Shown: positions 7,418 through 17,190, numbered from the stretch's first letter. The stretch is DNA of 36,056 nt from an uncultured Methanomassiliicoccales archaeon (GCA_964464345.1 CAYXFQ010000001.1:1-36056), one strand, 5' to 3'. The notes: a model not told the origin generated them from the sequence alone. Translations and numbers: made by a program.

Positions 7418-9658
7418 ATGTCCAAGAAATTTGTGGGAGTGGCCTGGCCCTATGCCAACGGCGCCATACATCTGGGTCACCTTGCTGGATCGCTTTTGCC
7501 GCCTGACATCTACCGCCGCTACCGCCGCCTGCGGGGTGACGAGGTGCTCATGGTCTCCGGCTCCGACCAGCACGGGACGCCGATCACCGTGACCGCCGAG
7601 AGGGAGGGCAGCAGCCCGGAGGAGGTGGCGGAGCGCTTCCACGCCATCAACAAGAAGGCCATCGAGGACATGGGCATCGAATTCTCGCTCTTCACCCGCA
7701 CCGGGCACCCCAACCACGCCGCCGTGGTGCAGGAGGTCTTCCTGGACCTTCTGGAGAAGGACCTTCTCTACCCGCGTGCGACGCCGCAGTACTGGTGCGC
7801 CAGCTGCAAGCGCTTCCTGCCCGACCGCTACGTGCAGGGAACCTGCCCCAAGTGCGGCACCGAGGAGGCCCGCGGCGACCAGTGCGACTCCTGCGGCACG
7901 ACCTTCGAGACCGGCGACCTGGAGGACTGCCGCTGCAGCCATTGCGGGCAGGCTCCGGAGGTCAGGGACAGCGAGCACTTCTTCCTGCGCCTCAGCGCCT
8001 TCCAGGAGCGCCTGGAGGACTATCTGGACAGCAGGGAGGGATGGCGCCCCAACGTGCGGGACTTCACCCGTGGCTGGCTGGAGGGCGGCCTGCATGACCG
8101 GGCGGTGACCCGGGACATGGACTGGGGCATAGCCGTCCCCGTCGAGGGCTGGGAGGACAAGGTCATCTACGTCTGGTTCGAGGCGGTCCTCGGCTACCTC
8201 AGCGCCTCCAAGGAGTGGGCCTCCTCACAGGGAGACCCGGAGCTCTGGCGCAGCTTCTGGCAGGACCCTGACGTGGAGCACTGCTACTTCCTGGGCAAGG
8301 ACAACATCCCCTTCCACTCCATCATCTGGCCGGCGATCCTCATGGGCCTGGGAGAGCTGAACCTCCCGGACCAGATCCCTGCCAACGAGTTCCTGACATT
8401 CAAGGGCGGCAAGCTCTCCAAGAGCCGCGGCGGGGCCATCGACGTCCCCTCGGCACTGGACAGCTACGCCCCCGACCTGATACGCTACCACCTGGCGGCC
8501 AGCATGCCCGACCACCGGGACGCCGACTTCTCCTGGGAGGACTTCCAGGCCAGGGTCAACAACGAGCTGGTGGCCACGCTGGGCAACTACTACCACCGGG
8601 TGCTGAGCTTCACCCGCAAGAACTTCTCATCCATACCGCCCCTGGGGGATGCCTCCCGCCTCGATGAGGTCATGGCGGAGGTCACTCGCTCCCGGGAGGA
8701 GTTCGAGGGCCACATGGCGAGCTTCGACTTCAAGAAGGCCCTGAAGGTCGTCATGGACCTCGCCGGCTTCGGAAACCGCTACTTCGACTCCGTCCGGCCC
8801 TGGGCGCTGGTCAAGAGCGACCAGGACGCCTGCGGCGACGTGCTGCACTGCAACCTCGCCCTGGTGCAGGCCCTGACGGTCATGGCCTGGCCTTTCCTGC
8901 CCTTCTCGTCCCAGGAGATCTGGGGCTACCTCGGCGGGGAGGGGGACATCCTCTCCGCCGGCTGGGACGCCATTGACGCCTCCCTGCCCGCGGGAAGGGA
9001 TCTGGCCGACCCCCGTCCGGTCTTCCGCAAGGTGGAGCTCCCGGTCGAGGAACCGGAGCCCGAGCCCGAGCCGGAGCTCGTGCAGGAGGAGGCATTCGCC
9101 ACATTGGCGAGCCTGGACCTGAGAGTGGGTCGCATAATTTCTGCTGAGAACCACCCGGACGCAGACAAGCTCTTCGTCCTCAAGGTGGACGTGGGAGAGG
9201 AGAGGCAGGTCGTGGCCGGCCTGCGGCAGTGGTACGATCGGGAGGAGCTCCCGGGAAAGGACATCGTCCTGCTCTGCAACCTCAAGCCCGCCAAGCTGCG
9301 CGGTCAGCGCTCCGAGGGGATGCTCCTGGCCGCTGACGACGAGTCGCTGGGCGGGGACCAGGTGCTCCTGGTGCAGCCCTCCCGCAGCGTCGCCCCCGGG
9401 ACCCCAATCCACAGCGGCCTGGCCGTGAAGGGCTCCCGCATCGACTTCAAGGACTTCCAGAAGGCGGTCCTGCGCATCGCTCGCCACGAGGGTGGCGCCA
9501 TGCTGCTAGATGACCATCCAGAAGTGGATCTGGCCGAGGGCGCGCCGGAGAGGCTCGCAGTTGCCCTCGATGGAGACAAGGCGCTCCCGCTGCACGGTGA
9601 GGACGACGTCTACCTCACGGTGGGCAAGCCCATCGGCGACGGGGCGTGCATCCGATGA
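7418..9658 (+). CDS. metG: Methionine--tRNA ligase with C-terminal EMAP/Trbp111-type tRNA-binding domain plus an extra about 75-aa tail
   Basis: HIGH motif (AIHLGHLAG), KMSKS motif (KLSKSRG) and Zn knuckles (CASCKRF...CPKCG, CDSCG...CSHCG). The tRNA-binding OB domain reads LDLRVGRIISAENHPDADKLFVLKVDVG...CNLKPAKLRGQRSEGMLLAA. Confidence 0.93.
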   Translation: MSKKFVGVAWPYANGAIHLGHLAGSLLPPDIYRRYRRLRGDEVLMVSGSDQHGTPITVTAEREGSSPEEVAERFHAINKKAIEDMGIEFSLFTRTGHPNHAAVVQEVFLDLLEKDLLYPRATPQYWCASCKRFLPDRYVQGTCPKCGTEEARGDQCDSCGTTFETGDLEDCRCSHCGQAPEVRDSEHFFLRLSAFQERLEDYLDSREGWRPNVRDFTRGWLEGGLHDRAVTRDMDWGIAVPVEGWEDKVIYVWFEAVLGYLSASKEWASSQGDPELWRSFWQDPDVEHCYFLGKDNIPFHSIIWPAILMGLGELNLPDQIPANEFLTFKGGKLSKSRGGAIDVPSALDSYAPDLIRYHLAASMPDHRDADFSWEDFQARVNNELVATLGNYYHRVLSFTRKNFSSIPPLGDASRLDEVMAEVTRSREEFEGHMASFDFKKALKVVMDLAGFGNRYFDSVRPWALVKSDQDACGDVLHCNLALVQALTVMAWPFLPFSSQEIWGYLGGEGDILSAGWDAIDASLPAGRDLADPRPVFRKVELPVEEPEPEPEPELVQEEAFATLASLDLRVGRIISAENHPDADKLFVLKVDVGEERQVVAGLRQWYDREELPGKDIVLLCNLKPAKLRGQRSEGMLLAADDESLGGDQVLLVQPSRSVAPGTPIHSGLAVKGSRIDFKDFQKAVLRIARHEGGAMLLDDHPEVDLAEGAPERLAVALDGDKALPLHGEDDVYLTVGKPIGDGACIR

Positions 9659-10308
9659 TCGCCGACCTTCACATCCACTCCAATCACTCGGTTGACGGGC
9701 GCAGCAGCGTCGCGGACATCCTGGACACGGCGCGGGAGAGGGGCCTGGGCTGCATAGCCATCTGCGACCACAACGTCATCTCCGCGCATGCGGAGGTCCC
9801 GGAGGACTCGGACATCATCGTGGTGCCGGCGGTGGAGGTCTCCAGCGCCGAGGCCCACATCATCGCCTACGGCGTGCGGGAGGAGATCCCCCGCGACATG
9901 GGCATCCAGGAGACCATCGACGCCATCCACGCCGCCGGCGGGCTGGCCTGCGCCGCCCATCCCTACCGCTTCTGGTCCGGCATCGGCGGCGACAACCTGG
10001 ACGATCGCTTCGACATGGTGGAGGGCTGGAACTCGCGCTCCACCCGCAAGGGCAACAAGAGGGCCATGGATAGCGCCGCCGCACTGGGCATGCCGATGAC
10101 CGGCGGCTCCGACTCCCACGACCTCAGCAGCATCGGTGACGCCTGGACGCGCTTGACCGTTCCCTGCAAGGATTGGGAGGAGGTGCTGCAGGCGGTCATG
10201 GACGGCCATGTGGAGCTGGGCGGGACACACCGCAACCGGCTGGCCACCATACGCTACGTCCTCAAGGCGGTCGGCGAGTGGATCGCCCGCGGCTTCCGCC
10301 GCATGTGA
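9655..10308 (+). CDS. PHP-domain phosphoesterase (COG0613-like)
   Basis: MIADLHIHSNHSVDG, ICDHN, AHPYR and GGSDSHD metal-ligand motifs. ATG 9655 overlaps the metG TGA as ATGA (9655-9658). An alternative in-frame ATG lies at 9646. Confidence 0.82.
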   Translation: MIADLHIHSNHSVDGRSSVADILDTARERGLGCIAICDHNVISAHAEVPEDSDIIVVPAVEVSSAEAHIIAYGVREEIPRDMGIQETIDAIHAAGGLACAAHPYRFWSGIGGDNLDDRFDMVEGWNSRSTRKGNKRAMDSAAALGMPMTGGSDSHDLSSIGDAWTRLTVPCKDWEEVLQAVMDGHVELGGTHRNRLATIRYVLKAVGEWIARGFRRM

Positions 10309-12231
10309 TCAGAGATTGAACTCTTCTTCGTGGAAGTCCACGGCCGGGCAGGGCCCCAGGCACTCCCGGCATTGCGTGCAGAGCGAGGGGTCTACCACGG
10401 CCTCTCCCTCGATCAGAGACAGGGCTTCCACAGGGCATCTGGCCACGCAGAGGGAGCAGCCCACGCAGTGCTCCGCCCGGAGCACCAGGTTGAACATGGT
10501 GTTAGCGGCATCCTTGATGGACTTCACCGAGTCGCCCTTGGCGATAAGCGAGCCCTGCTGGAAGACGGTCAGACCGTCGACGCTGAGCCAGTCGCCGAGT
10601 GAGTCCATCTCCACTTCTCCCAAAATGGGGGCGAGCTGCCGCAGGCGCTCCAGGTCCAGAGGCCGTGTGAAGGCCGCCTCTATGCTGTAGCCGACCACGC
10701 AGGGGGATACTCCCTCCTGCATCCGCATCTGCAGGGGAACCTCCTCCGGCACGAGAGTCTCCTTGACCAGCTCGGAGGGGTCGCGGCCGCTGACCTCCGC
10801 CACCTCCTTCCTGATGGAGTCCGGAAGGCGTTTCCAGCGCCAGAGGGCGTAGTCCTTCCACTCCTGCGGCAGGCCGCGGGAGCGCATCCTCTCCTCCAGG
10901 TAGTCCTCCCACTCCTGCAGGCGACCGCCGCCTCCGGTGATGGCGGTGAGCTCTCCCAGGTCGGAGGCAGGGCAGAGGAAGCATCCGATCCGGTCCAGGC
11001 CGCGCTCGTACCAGGGGTTGTACGGCTCCTCCTTCCAGAAGATGTACATCCAGATGTGCAGGGCGTTCCAGTTCTGTATGGGTGACGCGCCCACCTGCCC
11101 GGGAGTCCAGGGATTCCTCCAGACGCGGGGCTTGGACCTCCGCGCCATGGACTCGTAGCGCCTCTGGCCGATGAAGGACAGCACCCCGTCCGGGAAGTTC
11201 TTGATGATGGCGCCCACCGTGGGACCGAGCTTGTTGGTCTTGCAGCACCAGCGGAAGTCCTTGGCCGGGGGGCCGAAGTGAGGCAGGTTGCCGAAGAAGG
11301 CGTCGGTGGGGGCCTTCTCCTCTATCAGCTGCAGGCCGTGACGCGCGGCGGTCTCGTGGACGTGCTTCACGGTCTCCGGGAACTCCAGCCCGGTGTCGAT
11401 GAAGAGTATGGGAAGCTTCAATCCCGCATCCAGGGTGAGTAAAAGGGTAGCCAGGGAGTCCTTGCCGCCGGAGAACGACACCACCGTCGGCAGGGGGTTC
11501 TTCTCCATGACGTCCTCGATGAAGCGGATGGCCTCGTCGCGCCGGCGGATGAGGACGCCCTCGTTGGCCTGGACGGCCTCCTTCCAAGTGCGCTTCCTGC
11601 CGTGGGGGAGAGGCGGGACCTCCTTGACCCACTTGGTCTTGACCGCCAGCCCCCTCTCCGCCGCGGCCATCTCCTCGCCGCTCACCCTCGCCAGGCCGGT
11701 GGCTATGGCCTCACCAGCGTGGCTGATGATGACCACCTCGTCACCGTACTCGATCTCCGGGCAGGCGTCGCCCACGCCGGGGGCCATGAGGTTCTTGCTG
11801 TCGCGTATGAAGGGTATGGCGCCGTCGTCTATCAGGACCATGCCCTTGGATATGACCGGGGCCAGGCGCATGGCGCCCTGGAGCCGATTCAGGAAGACCC
11901 ATCCTCGACCCATGTCGAAGCGGAGCGCCCCGAGGACCTGGCCGTCGACGATGAGCTCGTCCATGCGGTCCAGGGACGGGGCGCGGTTGAGGATGGCGAG
12001 AGCTCCCGTGGGAACCATGGCCTCGCCTGCGCCGGGTCCGAACTGGGAGTCGATGACCTCTCTGATGAGCTCGAGATCGTGCTCGAAGGCCGGGCGCACG
12101 TCGCCCGGAGGAGTGATCTCCACCTCGTGGGTGTCGGCGGAGCATACGGGGCAGCTCTTGTCCTCCAATATGGGGAGGTTGCACTCCGAGCACCAACGCA
12201 GATGGTTCTTTCCCAGTCGCACAGCGGCCAT
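10309..12231 (-). CDS. Zn-ribbon + PUA-like + PAPS-reductase-like PP-loop ATPase + 2x[4Fe-4S] ferredoxin fusion protein (uncharacterised archaeal family)
   Basis: N-terminal CSECN...CPVC. PP-loop VSFSGGKDS followed by a PAPS_reduct-like core (FIDTGLEFPET, RWCCKTNK, RRYES). C-terminal CVGCSLCVARCP ... CTQCRECLGPCP. The start is either ATG 12231 (TATA 24 nt upstream) or ATG 12255. Confidence 0.8.
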   Translation of the reverse strand: MAAVRLGKNHLRWCSECNLPILEDKSCPVCSADTHEVEITPPGDVRPAFEHDLELIREVIDSQFGPGAGEAMVPTGALAILNRAPSLDRMDELIVDGQVLGALRFDMGRGWVFLNRLQGAMRLAPVISKGMVLIDDGAIPFIRDSKNLMAPGVGDACPEIEYGDEVVIISHAGEAIATGLARVSGEEMAAAERGLAVKTKWVKEVPPLPHGRKRTWKEAVQANEGVLIRRRDEAIRFIEDVMEKNPLPTVVSFSGGKDSLATLLLTLDAGLKLPILFIDTGLEFPETVKHVHETAARHGLQLIEEKAPTDAFFGNLPHFGPPAKDFRWCCKTNKLGPTVGAIIKNFPDGVLSFIGQRRYESMARRSKPRVWRNPWTPGQVGASPIQNWNALHIWMYIFWKEEPYNPWYERGLDRIGCFLCPASDLGELTAITGGGGRLQEWEDYLEERMRSRGLPQEWKDYALWRWKRLPDSIRKEVAEVSGRDPSELVKETLVPEEVPLQMRMQEGVSPCVVGYSIEAAFTRPLDLERLRQLAPILGEVEMDSLGDWLSVDGLTVFQQGSLIAKGDSVKSIKDAANTMFNLVLRAEHCVGCSLCVARCPVEALSLIEGEAVVDPSLCTQCRECLGPCPAVDFHEEEFNL

Positions 12232-12254
12232 GCGGGGGCGATTCCCCTCATTCA

Positions 12255-12261
12255 TTTTAAA
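12255..12261 (-). promoter_or_regulatory. TATA-like element (minus strand TTTAAAA)
   Basis: 24 nt upstream of the internal ATG at 12231. This suggests the leaderless start is Met9 of the ORF. Confidence 0.35.
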
Positions 12262-12453
12262 CCTGAGCCAGACACGCCCTGGATTCCTCAGGGAGCGATG
12301 GCTTCCCGCAAGTCGGATTCACGCCTCTGAGCTCGATGCTGAGAAGATACTAAGAAGGCCCACAGGAGCTAAGACTGTGGTACCAAGCGCCTCGCGTGCC
12401 CGAACAAGGTTTAAATCTTGTATTTCCTTAGCGATGGCATCGGACCTGGTATT

Positions 12454-13644
12454 ATGAAGGCATCCAAGCGCTCACTCAACCTGGACTACGCCATCCGCGA
12501 GATAACTGTCCCCGCCGACGAGTTGGAGCGCCAGGGAGCAAAGGTCATACGGCTCAACATCGGAGACCCCAACAAGTGGGACTTCGAGATTCCCGAGTAC
12601 TTCAAGGCCGCCCTGCGGGAGGCCGTCGACCGCGTGGACAGCGGCTACGGCGACTCCCAGGGGAGCATCGAGCTCCGGGAGGCCATCGTCAAGCGGGAGG
12701 AGCAGAAGCACGGCGCCCGCATCCTGCCGGAGCAGGTCTTCGTCACCAACGGCGTCTCCGAGGCGGTGCTGTCCATCAAGGGAGCCCTGCTGGAGTCGGG
12801 AGACGAGGTTCTCGTCCCCGGTCCCGGATACCCGCTCTACAACCAGTTCACCACCTACTTCGACGGCGTCCCCGTCCCCTATCGGCAGATCGAGGAGGAG
12901 GACTGGCGGCCGGACGTGGACATGATGCGCGCCCGCATCACTCCCCGCACCAAGGCCATCGTGGTCATCAACCCCAACAACCCCACCGGGGCGGTCTACC
13001 CGGAGAAGGTCCTCCGCGAGATCGGCGACATCGCCGCCGAGCACAACATACCCATCATCGCCGACGAGATCTACGACAAGATCACCGTGGACGGGAAGTT
13101 CTTCTCCATGTCCCGGCTGCCGTCGGACGTTGTCAGGATCATCCTCAACGGCTTCTCCAAGGTCAACCTCATGCCCGGCTGGAGGGTCGGCTACGGCTAC
13201 ATCATGGACGAGCAGGGCCTCCTGGACGAGGTCTTCGAGGGCATCATGCGCCAGCTGCGCGCCAGGCTCTGCCCCAACGTCCCCTGCCAGTGGGCCGCCC
13301 GCGCCTCCCTGGAGGGGCCGCAGGACTACATCTCGGAGATGAACTACAAGCTCCGCCTGCGGGCCGAGTACACCTACAAGCGCATCAACGAGATCCCCGG
13401 CCTCTCCGTGCGGAGGGGCAAGGGCTCGATGTTCATGTTCCCCAAGGTGGAGCTAGACCACTGGAAGACCGACAAGGACTTCGTCCTCGACCTTCTGCAC
13501 AGCGAAGGGGTCCTCATGGTCCCCGGCTCCGGCTTCTGCCCGGAGTTCGGCCCCGGCCACTTCCGGACCATAACCCTCCCGGACATACCCATCCTGGAGG
13601 AGGCCTACGACAAGGTGGAGCGCTTCATGCGCCAGCCGCGCTGA
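12454..13644 (+). CDS. Class I/II PLP-dependent aminotransferase (alanine/aspartate aminotransferase-like)
   Basis: IRLNIGDPNKWDF, NPNNPTG, and NGFSKVNLMPGWRVGY with the PLP lysine in SK context. ATG 12454 is preferred over the ORF-track TTG 12418. Confidence 0.85.
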   Translation: MKASKRSLNLDYAIREITVPADELERQGAKVIRLNIGDPNKWDFEIPEYFKAALREAVDRVDSGYGDSQGSIELREAIVKREEQKHGARILPEQVFVTNGVSEAVLSIKGALLESGDEVLVPGPGYPLYNQFTTYFDGVPVPYRQIEEEDWRPDVDMMRARITPRTKAIVVINPNNPTGAVYPEKVLREIGDIAAEHNIPIIADEIYDKITVDGKFFSMSRLPSDVVRIILNGFSKVNLMPGWRVGYGYIMDEQGLLDEVFEGIMRQLRARLCPNVPCQWAARASLEGPQDYISEMNYKLRLRAEYTYKRINEIPGLSVRRGKGSMFMFPKVELDHWKTDKDFVLDLLHSEGVLMVPGSGFCPEFGPGHFRTITLPDIPILEEAYDKVERFMRQPR

Positions 13645-13659
13645 GAAAAAGGGTGAAGT

Positions 13660-13698
13660 CGCCCCCTGGCCTCCGATAAAAAAAAGGAGGAGGGGGCG
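13660..13698. terminator. Hairpin with A8/T8 loop between convergent genes; the T8 run on the minus strand is the likely terminator of the rib operon
   Basis: CGCCCCCT(GG)CCTCC-GATAAAAAAAA-GGAGGAGGGGGCG forms a 13-bp stem with a 2-nt bulge. On the minus strand it reads ...CCTCCTTTTTTTTATC... directly after the ribH stop. Confidence 0.5.
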
Positions 13699-13707
13699 GA
13701 GCTGCTA

Positions 13708-14118
13708 TCAGCTCAGGTTCTTCAGCATCTTGACCGCGGCCACCACGGCGTCGCGGCCCTTCTCGATGCGGCTCTCGGCCTGGAGGCGGGTCATGCCCGG
13801 GCCGGTGATGCCCAGCGAGACCGGCTTGTTGTACTCCAGAGCGAGGTCGGCGATCTTCCGGGAGGCGTGGGCGACCACGACCTCGTCGTGCTCGGTCTCG
13901 CCCTCGATGACCGCTCCCAGCGTGATCACCGCGTCGATCTCCTTCATTTGCAGCAGCTTCTTGATGGCCAGGGGCATGTCGAAGACCCCCGGGACGAAGA
14001 TGGTCTCAGCGATCTCAACGTCCAGGAAGTCCGCCTCGGCCTTGGCCCTCTCCATCATCATGGAGGTGATGTCGAAGTTGAATTCCGCCACCACCATGCC
14101 CAGCTTGTACTTTGTCAT
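13708..14118 (-). CDS. ribH: 6,7-dimethyl-8-ribityllumazine synthase
   Basis: 136 aa. KLGMVVAEFNFDIT...VPGVFDMPLA...ITLGAVIEGETEHDEVV is the lumazine synthase signature. Confidence 0.9.
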   Translation of the reverse strand: MTKYKLGMVVAEFNFDITSMMMERAKAEADFLDVEIAETIFVPGVFDMPLAIKKLLQMKEIDAVITLGAVIEGETEHDEVVVAHASRKIADLALEYNKPVSLGITGPGMTRLQAESRIEKGRDAVVAAVKMLKNLS

Positions 14119-14133
14119 ATCTTCTCCTCCTAA

Positions 14134-15029
<896 letters not shown>

Positions 15030-15033
15030 GTCC

Positions 15034-15720
15034 TCACCTGCTCTTCCAGGCGTCCAGGAGGTCCTTGCCCTCCAGGAAGGTCAGTCCGTTCTCGGCGGCG
15101 TAGCTCTGCACATCCCCCTTGTCCATGGCCATGCCGTTCTCGCCCAGCATCTCGCAGACGGTGACGCTGGGGGTAAGCCCGGCCAGGACGGCGAGGGCGG
15201 TGCCCATCTCGGTGTGGCCCAGGCGGGAGTCCATGAGCCCCTCGCTGCAGCGCAGGAGGTGGATGTGGCCCGGGGCCCGGAAGTGCTTGCCGAGCTCCTG
15301 GCGCTTCTCGTCGTCGCTCACGTCGGAGCCGATGAGGTTGGCCAACTCACGGATGGTGAGCGCCCGGTCGCGGTCGGTGATCCCGGTGTAGGTGTCCCGG
15401 TGATTGATGGTGATGGAGAAGGCGGACTTGGTGTCGTAGGGGATGTCGTTCGGGGCCATGCTCTCCAGGCCCGGGAACTGCTCCGACATCTTCGCGAAGA
15501 TGTCCGCAAGGTAGGGGAAGCGGAGCACGTCCGCGTCTGGGCTGTGGACGCTGGTGCATATCAGCCCGCCGGCGTCCTGCCGCATGGTCTTGACGACCTC
15601 CGGGGTGATGAACTCGGAGGCCACGATCATGTCGGTCTCCCTCTCCCGGTCATCGAAATCATAAAGCAGGACAATGCGGCCGTTGCGAAGCTCCTCCAGC
15701 GCCTTTGCGATTCTCTCCAT
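15034..15720 (-). CDS. ribB: 3,4-dihydroxy-2-butanone 4-phosphate synthase
   Basis: LLYDFDDRERETDMIVASEFITPE, RAPGHIHLL and GHTEMGTALA motifs. Confidence 0.9.
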   Translation of the reverse strand: MERIAKALEELRNGRIVLLYDFDDRERETDMIVASEFITPEVVKTMRQDAGGLICTSVHSPDADVLRFPYLADIFAKMSEQFPGLESMAPNDIPYDTKSAFSITINHRDTYTGITDRDRALTIRELANLIGSDVSDDEKRQELGKHFRAPGHIHLLRCSEGLMDSRLGHTEMGTALAVLAGLTPSVTVCEMLGENGMAMDKGDVQSYAAENGLTFLEGKDLLDAWKSR

Positions 15721-15827
15721 TTGGATCCTCTCGGGGGCGGCCGGACATATGCCCTGCGACCCTTCTCCGAGATTTCCGACCAGTAGAAAATACTTATCCC
15801 TCTTACCAGTGCTCCCGCTGGCCGCGG

Positions 15828-15846
15828 GAGGCCTATCCCAGGCCTC
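15828..15846. promoter_or_regulatory. Perfect 7-bp inverted repeat GAGGCCT-N5-AGGCCTC followed by T5, between the divergent ribB and glyA promoters
   Basis: Read directly from the sequence. It lies between the putative ribB TATA (15787-15797, minus strand) and the glyA TATA (about 15871-15878). Confidence 0.35.
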
Positions 15847-15908
15847 TTTTTACCCTTTGGGGGCGGAATGCTTTTTAAGTGGTCATATTATGCCAGGGGG
15901 GAGTAGCC

Positions 15909-17186
15909 ATGAAAGAGGAAGCACTTTGGATAAAGGAAAAGGTCCGGACCCACAACCAGTGGTTCGAGGAATGCATCCCCATGATCGCATCCGAGAACCT
16001 GATGAGTCCCATGGCCAAAGAGATGCTGATCTCCGACTTCGCGGATCGCTATGCCGAAGGACTTCCCGGAAAGCGCTACTACCAGGGCAACATCTACGTT
16101 GACGAGGTGGAGGTCAAGGCCATGGAGTTGGCCAGGGACCTCTTCAAGTGCTCCTTCGTTGACCTGAGGCCCATCTCCGGCACGGTGGCCAACATGGCGG
16201 TTCTTTTCGCCCTGGCCGAGCCGGGCGACACCATCACGACCTGCTCCCTGGCACAGGGGGCCCACATCTCCACCGCCAAGTTCGGGGCCTTCGGCTTCCG
16301 CTCGGTGGAGTCGGTCAACTACCCGTTCAACGTCGAGAGCATGAACATCGACGTGGACGCCACCGACAAGCTCCTGCGGGAGGTCAGGCCGAACGTCGCT
16401 CAATTCGGGCTCTCGGTCTTCCTGTTCCCCCCGCCCCTGAAGGAGCTGGAGGACACCTTCAACGAGGTGGGCTGCACCGTCTGGTACGACGCCGCCCACG
16501 TTCTTGGCCTCATCGCCGGCGGTCAGTTCCAGGACCCGATGCGGGAGGGGGTCAACATCCTCTCCGCCAGCACCCACAAGACCTTCCCCGGCCCCAACCA
16601 CGGCATACTCCTCGGCTCCGAGCTGGAGGAGGAGCAGGAGAAGGCCCTCGAGAGGGCGGTCTTCCCGGGAGTCACCAGCAGTCACCATCTCCACGCCATG
16701 GCCGCCCTGGCGATCACCCTGGCGGAGATGCAGGTCTATGCCCAGGAGTATGCCGCCCAGACGGTCAAGAACTCCCGCGCCCTCGGCGAGGCTCTCTACG
16801 AGCTCGGCATCGACGTGCTCTGCCCCGACCTCGGCTTCACCCAGTCCCACGCCCTGGCGGTGGACGTCTCCGCCCACGGCGGCGGCCAGGTGGTCGCCCA
16901 GGACCTGGAGGACGCCAACATCATCTGCAACAAGAACATGCTCCCCAGCGACACCAGCGCCATCCGGCCCTCCGGCATCCGCCTGGGCGTGCAGGAGCTC
17001 ACCCGCGTCGGCATGCGGGAGAGCGAGATGAAGCAGGTGGCCGAGCTGATACACCGCGTGGTCGCCGCCAAGGAGGCCCCCGCCAAGGTGAAGGAGGACG
17101 TCAAGCTCCTCAAGCGGGACTTCACGAAGATCCGCTTCTGCTTCAACGAGGGCGAGGAGGCCTACCGCTTCCACGAGCTGGTCTGA
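15909..17186 (+). CDS. glyA: Serine hydroxymethyltransferase
   Basis: MIASENLMSP, RYYQGN, and STHKTFPGP with the PLP lysine. ATG 15909 is preceded by a GGGGGGAG Shine-Dalgarno-like run. The ORF-track GTG 15879 is less likely. Confidence 0.92.
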   Translation: MKEEALWIKEKVRTHNQWFEECIPMIASENLMSPMAKEMLISDFADRYAEGLPGKRYYQGNIYVDEVEVKAMELARDLFKCSFVDLRPISGTVANMAVLFALAEPGDTITTCSLAQGAHISTAKFGAFGFRSVESVNYPFNVESMNIDVDATDKLLREVRPNVAQFGLSVFLFPPPLKELEDTFNEVGCTVWYDAAHVLGLIAGGQFQDPMREGVNILSASTHKTFPGPNHGILLGSELEEEQEKALERAVFPGVTSSHHLHAMAALAITLAEMQVYAQEYAAQTVKNSRALGEALYELGIDVLCPDLGFTQSHALAVDVSAHGGGQVVAQDLEDANIICNKNMLPSDTSAIRPSGIRLGVQELTRVGMRESEMKQVAELIHRVVAAKEAPAKVKEDVKLLKRDFTKIRFCFNEGEEAYRFHELV

Positions 17187-17190
17187 GAGC

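Noticed and set aside
15721-15908. FMN riboswitch upstream of ribB, or a THF-type riboswitch upstream of glyA
   Set aside because: I could not recognise the conserved FMN (RFN) element core, and such riboswitches are not expected in archaea. The structures seen are simple palindromes, reported separately as a possible operator.
15888-17174. 428-aa minus-strand ORF opposite glyA
   Set aside because: Shadow ORF of serine hydroxymethyltransferase, with a low-complexity product.
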